A DNA stretch of 64,000 nucleotides from Naegleria gruberi (lineage: Eukaryota): assembly GCA_000004985.1 (NCBI GenBank), contig GG738887.1; one strand, given 5' to 3'. Under the pieces are notes generated by a model, which was not told the DNA's origin, did not search any database, and worked only from the letters and a program-made list of their open reading frames with translations. Shown here piece by piece: positions 43,905 through 53,365 of this stretch (the stretch's first letter is position 1; every line of letters begins with the position of its first letter). Made by a program: the position numbers and the translations under genes.

Positions 43905-44300
43905 AACCATGGTATTACGATCTTGAAGAAGAGCCATCATGGAACTATTGAAAATGCTCTTTCCACCTCAATGATTTAATGAAAATAACATTCAATTATT
44001 TTCTTGAATCCTATTTATATATTTTTCACACATTAAATGTACCACAATTTTCTAATTGCACTTTTCACACATTCAAAGATATTATGCTCAAGATATGTGA
44101 CTACAGAGTCTTCATCTTGGTTAACCTCAAAGGTCAGATTGACTCAAAAAAGTCGAGTTTATGTATTCCTACAGAAAAGATCCTGTAGAAGTACAGTCAA
44201 TGGTTTTATCAAGTTTCATTTGTGAGGTTAGAGAAATTGGCTTTGATATCGAACATGCAGATTGGTACCTTATACTTTTTTCAATTAATAGAAAATAAAA
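43905..44300. repeat. Interspersed repeat copy B (inverted-core variant of 36870..37366).
   Basis: See copy A. The central block 44079..44229 is the reverse complement of 37073..37227. Confidence 0.75.
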
Positions 44301-45175
44301 TTAACTAGAGAAACGATCAAACCTTTCCTTATACCAATTCACAATTCTGTAGATTGTGTATTAATCAGGTTTCACAATTCTAATGATCATCAAGCACTAT
44401 AACAAAATTCATTGCACTATATTGAATTACATTAATACTTGCCAGGTAAGGTTGTTGGTAAATCAAGTTCAATGCAATACAATATTTGAAGACTCAAATT
44501 CGAAATTTGAAGGTTTATTGATCAACCACAAGTTTCTCTTTCTAAATAGATAAAATTCAAAGGTGATAAATATATGGTCACGTTGCAAGTTTTTCTAAAC
44601 AATAACTTACTGAACCAACAATCAATAGATTAGTTGCCTTCACTGTTCATACAGTCAAAGACTGTAGCGGGATAGTCGCCATATTCCTGGCAGGCTTCCC
44701 GTCCAAAATTAACAATTGAAATAATTTCTCAGACAATTTATGAATTGGAAAGAAATTGAAATCACTAGAGGTTTATTGTAAACTGCACACACCAAAAATA
44801 TGAAAAATTTTTGTTGACTGAAAAAAGTTCAACGCTGCGCAAGATGTTAAAAGACAGAAATAGTGGTATACGAAATTGATTATCTGCGCTCAACCGGCCA
44901 ACATGGATGAGATCCAGGGTTTATGAGGGGATTTTCAAGTGTCAAAGCGACCCGTGGGTGTTTGTCTGTTTCAATTTACTACCTTTATTACTGAGAGGAA
45001 AGAATGAGGAGTAATACAGCAAAATTCAAAGTTTCGAAACAATTGCCGTATTCAATACTTTGTTTGTGGTAAGGTATCATTTTCAATCCATTATGAATTT
45101 GTCCAACATTGTTAATTGCCCATTCGGGTTAAAGACAGATTGGCTGTTTATCATTAGACTTTTAAGGTAATTGAT

Positions 45176-45293
45176 GGCTACGGCCATATCACGATGAATA
45201 CACCTCATCCCGTCCGATTTGAGAAGTTAAGCATCGTCGAGCCACATCAGTACTGAGGTTGGAGACAACTTGGGAACCTGTGGTGCTGTAGTC
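45176..45293 (+). rRNA. 5S ribosomal RNA gene (dispersed copy 3, variant).
   Basis: Same as copies 1 and 2 except 'cacgatgaatacacctc' replaces 'cacgattcatgcacctc'. It has a T-run terminator. Its upstream block is less conserved. Confidence 0.8.
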
Positions 45294-45490
45294 TTTTTCA
45301 TTCTTCTATTTTATTAAGCGTTTCATAATTATTACTATTTCAATTCCAAATGTTTTATTTTGAAAGTATTATTGGGTCTATATTTTTTTTGTGGAAACCA
45401 TAAAACTAAACCTTAGTATCTACAATACTGAATAGTAAATATTTGTTCCTTGTTCAATCCTTCTCATATTGAGGTAAACAGACAAAAAAA

Positions 45491-46459
45491 ATGAAACATG
45501 GCTTTCTTACATGCAACCTAGCACTTATTATCGATGAAACCGATAATGATGAACCAAAAAATCCGATTTTAAAGGAAATGGCTGAAGATAAGGGATTGCA
45601 CTTTAGTGTGGAGTGTCTGGATGGTTCTGCTATTCTTCATGTACAGCTAGTAACAAGGAAGAGAGAAGAGAATTACATTTGCACCTTAATTTACGAATAT
45701 TTGTTATCTGTTTTGGTGTTCGATTGGGTGAAAGGAATTAAAATTGCTTCTCTTTCTTTTTCAAAACATGAACCAAAAGAATGTGCTAAATTTCCTTCAG
45801 TTAGAAAGAGTTATGAAAAAGAAAAATGTTGCACTGTTGATGATCATTCGCTTTCGGATAATGGAAAATCTGGTAGTGTTGCTTCAACTGAAGAAACTCC
45901 TTGTGACGAGTCTAAGGGTGGTATTGCTGTTAATGGCCTTATTTCAAGTGAAGAAAATAATCTTAATGAAGAGTTTGAGTATTTCTCCGCAGAGGATGAT
46001 TTTAGTTCCAAACTTCAACGAGTCAAACCAATATTCGACTCCAAAATAATGAAGGAGAACATCTATTTTGCACTACTTTATTACAAGCCACCAGAGAGCA
46101 CTGATTCACACATTTCCACAGAATCCTGTGTTTCGAATAGATCTCCTAATACCAATTGTACAGAATTCTCTACTACTGAGCAACAAAGTGTTAACAATTC
46201 AACATCCCCAACAAGAATGTTATCTTCACATAATCTCTCCTCTGCATCAACTTCAAGTAGTGGTGGCAACTATGCTCCAACAAAGGGACAGAATGTTCTC
46301 CAACGTTCAAAGGCCATTCTCTCAGATGTTACCAATTTTAATTATTTTGACAAGTTCAAGAATGCTGTATATGAGGGAAAGAGTAAGGCACAAACATCTA
46401 GTGGCTCTACTACAAGTAAGAAAGTGGGAGGTAGTACTAAGAAGGGAAGAAAACATTGA
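45491..46459 (+). CDS. Hypothetical Ser-rich protein (322 aa).
   Basis: ORF from ATG at 45491. No recognisable domain. Confidence 0.4.
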   Translation: MKHGFLTCNLALIIDETDNDEPKNPILKEMAEDKGLHFSVECLDGSAILHVQLVTRKREENYICTLIYEYLLSVLVFDWVKGIKIASLSFSKHEPKECAKFPSVRKSYEKEKCCTVDDHSLSDNGKSGSVASTEETPCDESKGGIAVNGLISSEENNLNEEFEYFSAEDDFSSKLQRVKPIFDSKIMKENIYFALLYYKPPESTDSHISTESCVSNRSPNTNCTEFSTTEQQSVNNSTSPTRMLSSHNLSSASTSSSGGNYAPTKGQNVLQRSKAILSDVTNFNYFDKFKNAVYEGKSKAQTSSGSTTSKKVGGSTKKGRKH

Positions 46460-46588
46460 ATAAATATGTGTCAACGTTTTAATGCAAGCTCAATAGAATA
46501 TGGCTCAATTGCAACATGTTGAATGTAATGATCAAATATTGGGCTTGAGTTTACAATAGATTATCTGTTCCGAAGTAGCAAGTTCGAA

Positions 46589-47854
46589 ATGCATCAATAC
46601 AACAAACAAAAAAACCGAATGAAACGATCCTTTGATGATTGTGCTTCGGAGGTACCACCAACATCACAACCATCACAGCATTATGATTCTGATGGAAGGT
46701 TGATGATGATGACTTCATCTCTACCCAATCATAATCACAATAACAACAATAATAATAATAGTAATAGTAATTTTAATAGTAGTGCATTGATGGATAATGA
46801 TCATCATACAACATTGATAGAAACTACTCCGATGAGTAACAATGACAATTATATGATTGATAATAATAATAACAATATGAAGAAAATTAAGAAGAATTCA
46901 TCACTGTCCTATTTTCATAATTTTAATGGTCATCATAATAGTCAGTATCAAACAACATCAACATTGATAACTATGAATGGTTGTTCGGGAATGAAAACAA
47001 GCCAGTCAGAGTTTGAATTGATTGGATGCATTGGAAGTTATGGTTCTCAGAATGGTCAATTCAAGAATCCATCTGATGTGGCTATTGATTTCAAAAATCA
47101 ATTAATATTTGTTGTGGATACAGATAATAGACGTATTCAGGTTTTTGATGAGTCAACTCTGACATTCAAGTACATGTTTACGACACCATTCAAACCAAAT
47201 GCAGTGACAGTTCATTGGGATCACACTTTAATTATTAGTTTCACTCGAGATTCATTGATTTGTAAATATGATTTTAATGGAAATGAGATATGGAGATGGG
47301 GAGGAGTTACAACAAAGAATGTAATGGATTCTCCAACAGGTGTTGTGGTTGACTATGAGGGAAATATCTATGTTTGTGATTGGTTTAAACATAGAATTGT
47401 AGTTTTTTCTCCAGGTGGTGAATTACTGAAATCGATAGGATCTATGGGAAAGGAATATGGTCAATTCTCATTCCCAAGAGATATTGACATTGACAGTGCT
47501 GGGAATATCATTATTTCTGACAGTGGAAATAATCGCATACAGATACTGAAATCTAATGGAGAATTTATAAGTAGTTTTGGAAGTATTGGAAATGATAAGG
47601 GAGAATTTCAAGCACCAAACTCTGTTTTTGTGGACAAGTCAACTGGTGATATATTTCTTACAGAGTGGGATTCACATAGAATTTCAAAATTTCATCCTAG
47701 CAATCCCTTTTCTGGTTCTACTTGCATTGGTAGCTTTGGAAACCATGAAAATTCACTGAAATATCCTTCTGGAATTGCATTCTGCTACGGGTCATCTCGT
47801 TTGTTTATTGTTGATACTGGAAATAATAGAATCAAGGTTTACAGAGTTACATGA
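46589..47854 (+). CDS. NHL-repeat beta-propeller protein with an N-terminal Asn-rich low-complexity region.
   Basis: Repeats: GSQNGQFKNPSDVAIDFKNQLIFVVDTDNRRIQVFD, GKEYGQFSFPRDIDIDSAGNIIISDSGNNRIQIL, GNDKGEFQAPNSVFVDKSTGDIFLTEWDSHRISKF, GNHENSLKYPSGIAFCYGSSRLFIVDTGNNRIKVY. Confidence 0.7.
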   Translation: MHQYNKQKNRMKRSFDDCASEVPPTSQPSQHYDSDGRLMMMTSSLPNHNHNNNNNNNSNSNFNSSALMDNDHHTTLIETTPMSNNDNYMIDNNNNNMKKIKKNSSLSYFHNFNGHHNSQYQTTSTLITMNGCSGMKTSQSEFELIGCIGSYGSQNGQFKNPSDVAIDFKNQLIFVVDTDNRRIQVFDESTLTFKYMFTTPFKPNAVTVHWDHTLIISFTRDSLICKYDFNGNEIWRWGGVTTKNVMDSPTGVVVDYEGNIYVCDWFKHRIVVFSPGGELLKSIGSMGKEYGQFSFPRDIDIDSAGNIIISDSGNNRIQILKSNGEFISSFGSIGNDKGEFQAPNSVFVDKSTGDIFLTEWDSHRISKFHPSNPFSGSTCIGSFGNHENSLKYPSGIAFCYGSSRLFIVDTGNNRIKVYRVT

Positions 47855-48079
47855 TATATTTCTATCAATTTTCAATTTCAAAATCATAAGGACAATGCAA
47901 ATCAAAATGGAGAGAAATGTAAAAGAGTATTATCACTCGTACTATATGAAACTGCTTCGAGAGCTTACCTCTACCGATGCCATGTGTAGATAGATTGTAA
48001 TCAAAAATAAACTATTCTTCTGGTGTAACATAACTTTTTTGAGTGGTTACAAAAGAAATAAAATGAAAAAGATAATTTA

Positions 48080-48617
48080 TTAAGCAGTTAGTTCAATATC
48101 TCTTGGACCTGGGCTTGGTCTTTTCTTCTTCTTCTTGATCATACAACAAATACATATCAATAACACAATAGGTATTATGGCCAGAACAAAAATGATGTAT
48201 TACAAGTTGGAATCATTTTGATTAACACCAACAGAAATGGAGTGATAATAACAGAAATGTTAGTTTTGAATATCATTAACATTAGATGAAACTGAAGCAA
48301 CTGAAACTGTACCCATTTGAGACACATTCAAAGCAGCAATGGCTTCACTAACGGACAGTAACAGTAACAAGAGTTGAAGTTTCAGAGGAGGCCGAAAGAG
48401 AATCATAAATAATTGTCTTGATTTCAATTTAACCAGCTGGTAATTGAGAAGTGATTGATTTCTTTTCAGTTGAATCTCCTACCACTCTGTATTTGAATTC
48501 ATACTTCACAGGAAGTTGAGTATCATACCAACCATTACCACACTTGATTTGGAAATCGTTTTGCAAAGCAACACCTGTAGCAGGAGAAACTTCCATTGTG
48601 TTGTTACCAAAACTCAA
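48080..48617 (-). CDS. Candidate spliced gene for a small type-I membrane protein. Exon structure is not resolved.
   Basis: The minus-strand ORF 48429..48617 (MSFGNNTMEVSPATGVALQNDFQIKCGNGWYDTQLPVKYEFKYRVVGDS...) is followed by a GT after ...LPAG. A downstream minus-frame segment encodes ...FVLAIIPIVLLICICCMIKKKKKRPSPGPRDIELTA-stop (a TM helix, a basic stop-transfer and a short tail). The stop is at 48080-48082. Confidence 0.3.
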
Positions 48618-48869
48618 ACAATTGCTGGAATCACAAGCTAAACAAAATTATAACCTAAATGTTATATTGGAAAATATATTGCATTCAATTTTGAAATTCC
48701 ATATGATTGTCCACCCTTACAAGCAAAATTATCCACCGAAAAAATGTGCACTGACTTTTTAGGATATCTTGACATCTTTTCTCCTATTAAACTCCGAAAC
48801 AAGGACTTTGAAGGACTTTCCAATAAAACAACCAACAACACAAAATCAGAAATAGTATTCAATAAAAAA

Positions 48870-49370
48870 ATGAAGTTTCTTCCACTCGTAACAGCACTCC
48901 TTCTCGTGCTTGGTTTGGCATCAACAATTCAAAGCTCAATAATTCAGAAACGAACATCTTTCGGAATGGAAGGTGGCTGTTCCTCAAGAATTGCATTCGA
49001 AGAATATCAGAACACAACTAATTGCACACCTCAACCCTGTCATATGTTGAATCTCGCTGCAGAACAATTTGACTGTGTAGATCATTTTCCTTCTTTATTT
49101 CCTCGAAATAGTGTTCTTTTTATTGAACATGCCAATAACTCGTGTGATGATCCGAAAATTGTGTCACTCATCAATATTAAGTTTGGTGTTTGCTTTAAAC
49201 ATGGAAGTAGTATTCTGAGTAAATATGGATTGAGTGGTGCCTATATCAATTTTAAGGATTGCAAAACAATTGAAACAGTTATGGATGCATACAATTTTGG
49301 ATGCTCCCATGGTTTTAATGAAACAATTACCAAATCATGTTCAAATGGAGTTTCTTTCAAGTGTTTCTAA
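48870..49370 (+). CDS. Secreted Cys-rich protein (hypothetical).
   Basis: ATG at 48870; signal peptide MKFLPLVTALLLVLGLASTIQSS; multiple Cys residues. Confidence 0.5.
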   Translation: MKFLPLVTALLLVLGLASTIQSSIIQKRTSFGMEGGCSSRIAFEEYQNTTNCTPQPCHMLNLAAEQFDCVDHFPSLFPRNSVLFIEHANNSCDDPKIVSLINIKFGVCFKHGSSILSKYGLSGAYINFKDCKTIETVMDAYNFGCSHGFNETITKSCSNGVSFKCF

Positions 49371-49655
49371 ATAAAAACAAGCGAATTGGTTCCACCAAGA
49401 AGGCAAATTCAAACAAATTCTCTATTTACCTTTCTTGTTTATTTACCTTTCTTGTTGGACAATGGAATCACCTCAATGAGTTTGATATTTCCAATAACAA
49501 TATCTGATTGATTTGTACTTCTTTGCACAATGGTCAAAGATACTATTGTTATTACAGCAGTTTCAAATAAACCCCTCCTTGTGGATTAGGGTGTGATTCA
49601 CCAACCCAGTGCCTTTATACTACAGTCAATTTAAAGATTTAGATTATCATCCGTA

Positions 49656-49874
49656 GTGGCCCTTCTTGATCAGGAAATTGATGTCGATTCCAAGTGTTCA
49701 AAATATGGTGGAGCTGATTGTAATACATGCCTAGACGGATACACCAACCCTAATTGCATTCCAGTTTGTTTTGGATATGCTGCTAATAATGCATCGGTTT
49801 GCTCTGGACATGGTAATTGCACTTGTGGGAAACTATATATTGGCTCAACATGTTCAACATTCGTAACTCAATAA
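49656..49874 (+). other. Orphan tenascin-type EGF-like coding fragment without an ATG (gene fragment, pseudo-exon or unlinked exon).
   Basis: ...CSKYGGADCNTCLDGYTNPNCIPVCFGYAANNASVCSGHGNCTCGKLYIGSTCS... has the same C-spacing as the EGF units of the receptor at 3340-4920. The only possible start is a GTG. Confidence 0.3.
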
Positions 49875-50352
49875 CTACTTTTAACATTCTCTGGCGAATC
49901 ATTGTTCTCCATAGATTATTGATCTTAAATTATCTTTAACAAAACCAACAAGAATTCATTTTCTGTTTATTTCAAATTATTTATTTGAAAAGAAATAACT
50001 CCTTGCAGAACAATACCCTAATACATTAGCGATGGAAACTTTTCTGCCTTTTCAAAGTTGTTTCTTCCAATAATTGTCATCCACACAATTGTTGTCCTCA
50101 ATCATTAAACCTTTTGACATGGTTTCAATAACTTTTATTATAGCGTTAATGAGGTAGCTTAGGAAGCAATGCTTGAATAAATAATTATTGTGGTGTGAGG
50201 ATGATCCATTTTAAGCTTATGCAAAGATTCAATCGTCTTACTTTCTTTAATTTGATAATATCACAGCTGGTGTAGCCATAAAAGTACTGAAAAAGTAAAT
50301 ACCATTCGTGTGATTGAATCTAAAAATAAAATCACAATTTAAAAAAAAAAAT

Positions 50353-52473
50353 ATGCTCTCCTCATCATTTAATAACATGGAGCGTATGCTTGATGATAAT
50401 CATAATAACCTGATACAAACAGGAGATATGATCACTATTCATGTGGACAATAACATATCAAAACCAGCAACATCAACAGAAGGACCTTCGGGAAGTTGTG
50501 AGTATTTGACTGGTAAATTTTCAAAGAGGGCTACTACACCTTCGTACTACCATCTATTGTACAATGATGCTCCAGTCTGTCCACCCGACTTTATTATCAA
50601 TATTAAATTAATAGATATGAATATGACTACTGTATCTATCAAGGTACACAAAGTATTTTTGGCTTTGGAATCATTGTATTTTAGAACTTTGCTCAATTCG
50701 GAATTTACAGAGAGTACTAATTCCGTTGTAGAATTTGAATTAACTTCTGTAGAAAAGGATATATTCGAGCAAATTATTTTGAGATATATTTATGGTGAGA
50801 GAACTTTGGATATTGACAAAGGCTTACCATATGCCTGTACATTATGTCTTGCTCACTATTTGCAAATTTCTCCTCTGGAATGCCAACTTTTGCAACAAAT
50901 GACAAAAACATCAAAGTATACCGAACAACATTTATTGTATTATTCACAACTTCGTGATCACTCCATGTTGGCTGTTAATTCTTCCTTCCTTTCACAATCA
51001 CTGACTGCTTTCGGAAAAGACATTTCAAAGAAACGTGATGAAGTTATGAATTTACCAGTGGAATTTTTCTTGTGGCTTGTTTCGTTGGACAATCTGAACG
51101 TTAGCAATGAGGATGAAGTTTTTGATCTCATTCAAGAGTACATTATCAGAAATGAAAAGTCCATCAGACAAAATAATCCAGAAGGATTTGATCAAAAACC
51201 TGATATTATTGAACAAGTTTGGTCAAATGTGAGAGTTTGCTTCCTTTCCGAAACCAAATTGTTGAGCTTTATGGATCAACCATCTATTTCTACAGATCTC
51301 AAAATATCAATGCTGAGAAAGAAGACAGTGTACAGCATCTATAAGGACAGATACAAGAAGGTACTCGCCACTAAACAACAAGCAAGTACTGAAACTACTG
51401 CTGGAAATGCAAGCATGTCTGTCGAAACTAACAGTGGAACTAACAATGAGAATACTGTAGTCAAGAAGGAACCTGTACCAGCAACAAACGCTACACCTAC
51501 ACCAAGTGCTACCATCATTGCTAACGAGCTTATGATCAATTTGGATGATCCTCAATTCATTAAGAGAGGAAACATTTTGGAACATTTAATTACTGGAAGT
51601 AAGGGTGTCATTCAAATTTGGGATGTCAATACTACCGAATGCCTTTCAACTTTCCCAACAGATTCCTTTGTGAGATGTCTTGCTCTGTACGAACGTCATT
51701 ACTTGTTCAGTGGTGGACACGATAAGAAGATTAAAAAGTGGAACTTGAGAACAAACGAATGTGAATTAGTACTCAAAGGTCACCATGATTATGTTCTCTC
51801 ATTTGCCCTTGTAGATGATTGTTTGTATAGTGCTGGTGGTGTTGGAGATAGTACTGTTAAAAAGTGGAACTTGAAATCTAATCAATTGGAGGCATCTTTG
51901 GAGGGACATCAAAAGGCAGTTCTCAGTCTTATAACTTATGGAGACATGTTTGTATTTTCTGGAGGTGAAGATTCTACAATTAGAAAATGGAATGTAAGAA
52001 CAAACAAATGCGAACTAACAATTCAAGCATCTGTTCATGGTGATGACAAACTTTGGTGCCTTGCCACCTTTGGAGATTCCTTATTTGCAGGTGGATCCAA
52101 AGGAACTATTTATCAATTCAATGTAAATGACGGTAGACTTGAGAGAGAATGGTCAGCTCACGAAAATATTGTCTGGTGTTTGCTTGTACATGAAGATTAT
52201 CTATTCTCTGGCTCAAAGGACAAATGTGTCAAGAGATGGAATCTCAATACACCAAACACTGACATGGAAGGAGCCGATCCAACCAATACGCCCTATGTTT
52301 GTGAGGCCATCATGAGAGAACATACTGATTCTGTAAGAAGTCTCAATGTCTGTAATAATTACTTATTCAGTGGAGGTGGTGACGAAAAGATCATCAAATG
52401 GTCTCTTCTCACAAACCAGAAGGAAGCTGTGGTCACGGCAGCTGAATATATTTGTTCTGCTCTGTTGGCTTAA
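50353..52473 (+). CDS. BTB/POZ-domain protein with C-terminal WD40 repeats.
   Basis: BTB: DMITIHVDNN...DFIINIKLIDMNMTTVSIKVHKVFLALESLYFRTLLNSEF...EQIILRYIYGE. WD40: GHHDYVLSFALVDDCLYSAGGVGDSTVKKWNL, GHQKAVLSLITYGDMFVFSGGEDSTIRKWNV, DSVRSLNVCNNYLFSGGGDEKIIKWSL. First ATG at 50353. Confidence 0.75.
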   Translation: MLSSSFNNMERMLDDNHNNLIQTGDMITIHVDNNISKPATSTEGPSGSCEYLTGKFSKRATTPSYYHLLYNDAPVCPPDFIINIKLIDMNMTTVSIKVHKVFLALESLYFRTLLNSEFTESTNSVVEFELTSVEKDIFEQIILRYIYGERTLDIDKGLPYACTLCLAHYLQISPLECQLLQQMTKTSKYTEQHLLYYSQLRDHSMLAVNSSFLSQSLTAFGKDISKKRDEVMNLPVEFFLWLVSLDNLNVSNEDEVFDLIQEYIIRNEKSIRQNNPEGFDQKPDIIEQVWSNVRVCFLSETKLLSFMDQPSISTDLKISMLRKKTVYSIYKDRYKKVLATKQQASTETTAGNASMSVETNSGTNNENTVVKKEPVPATNATPTPSATIIANELMINLDDPQFIKRGNILEHLITGSKGVIQIWDVNTTECLSTFPTDSFVRCLALYERHYLFSGGHDKKIKKWNLRTNECELVLKGHHDYVLSFALVDDCLYSAGGVGDSTVKKWNLKSNQLEASLEGHQKAVLSLITYGDMFVFSGGEDSTIRKWNVRTNKCELTIQASVHGDDKLWCLATFGDSLFAGGSKGTIYQFNVNDGRLEREWSAHENIVWCLLVHEDYLFSGSKDKCVKRWNLNTPNTDMEGADPTNTPYVCEAIMREHTDSVRSLNVCNNYLFSGGGDEKIIKWSLLTNQKEAVVTAAEYICSALLA

Positions 52474-52790
52474 TGTGCTATAATTCATTCAATGGCGACT
52501 CACTTTTATGTTTTGAGATTTATGGCTAGTTTGAATGGCCACATGTGGTTCTATAATAAACGCGCAAAAGTATCTCTTATTCGGAAAGGGTTGATTCTTC
52601 TGTAATTCAATTGAACCGACAACCAAATTCTTTACAGTCTGCTCAAACCGGTACTCACAATACCAGAAAGTCTTCCTTGTTCCCTCCAGTTACCACCTAA
52701 CAGCACTTATTAAACCTTGGGGTTCACTGAAAAACAAATTAGAAAAAAACAAGACAATTCAATCATTAGCAACACTCTCAATCCAGCAAC

Positions 52791-53216
52791 ATGTCCACTG
52801 AATCAATAATGAACAATTCGTCTCCATCAATGAATAATAGCGCTTGTGGTGGTACAGGAAGACTCAGATCAAGAACCTTCTCTCATAGACCATCACTAGT
52901 ATTTGCTAACAACATTAATCAAACAACAAACAGCAACAACACTGCTTCTTTGAATATTAGAGAAAATAACAACAATGGCTCACCTCTCTCATCAGAATCA
53001 ATTAGAAAAAGAAGTAAGAGCGCAATAGGGGTTGGAGGACTCTATGCACAACTCACACTGAGCTCACACTTCCTTTTAGATAAATACGAAGAAGATTTGA
53101 GTGATAAACTGAATAAGATTGAATCTAGCAATTTGTCCATCAAGAATTTGTTCAATCACAAGCGAAGATTATCAGCTTACTCTAATCAAAGACCAACAAT
53201 AGAAATTACAATGTAA
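52791..53216 (+). CDS. Hypothetical Ser/Asn-rich small protein.
   Basis: 141-aa ORF from ATG; low complexity. Confidence 0.3.
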   Translation: MSTESIMNNSSPSMNNSACGGTGRLRSRTFSHRPSLVFANNINQTTNSNNTASLNIRENNNNGSPLSSESIRKRSKSAIGVGGLYAQLTLSSHFLLDKYEEDLSDKLNKIESSNLSIKNLFNHKRRLSAYSNQRPTIEITM

Positions 53217-53365
53217 TCCAATACAACCAAAACATATAGCCACGCGAGTCAATCCATTAAAAATTAATCTTTGTACAAAACAAACTACAAGTATCAAATC
53301 CTCAATTTCCTCATTTTGCAAGAATTCAAAATAAATAAAAATTTAAAAAAAATTGAAAGAGTTTG

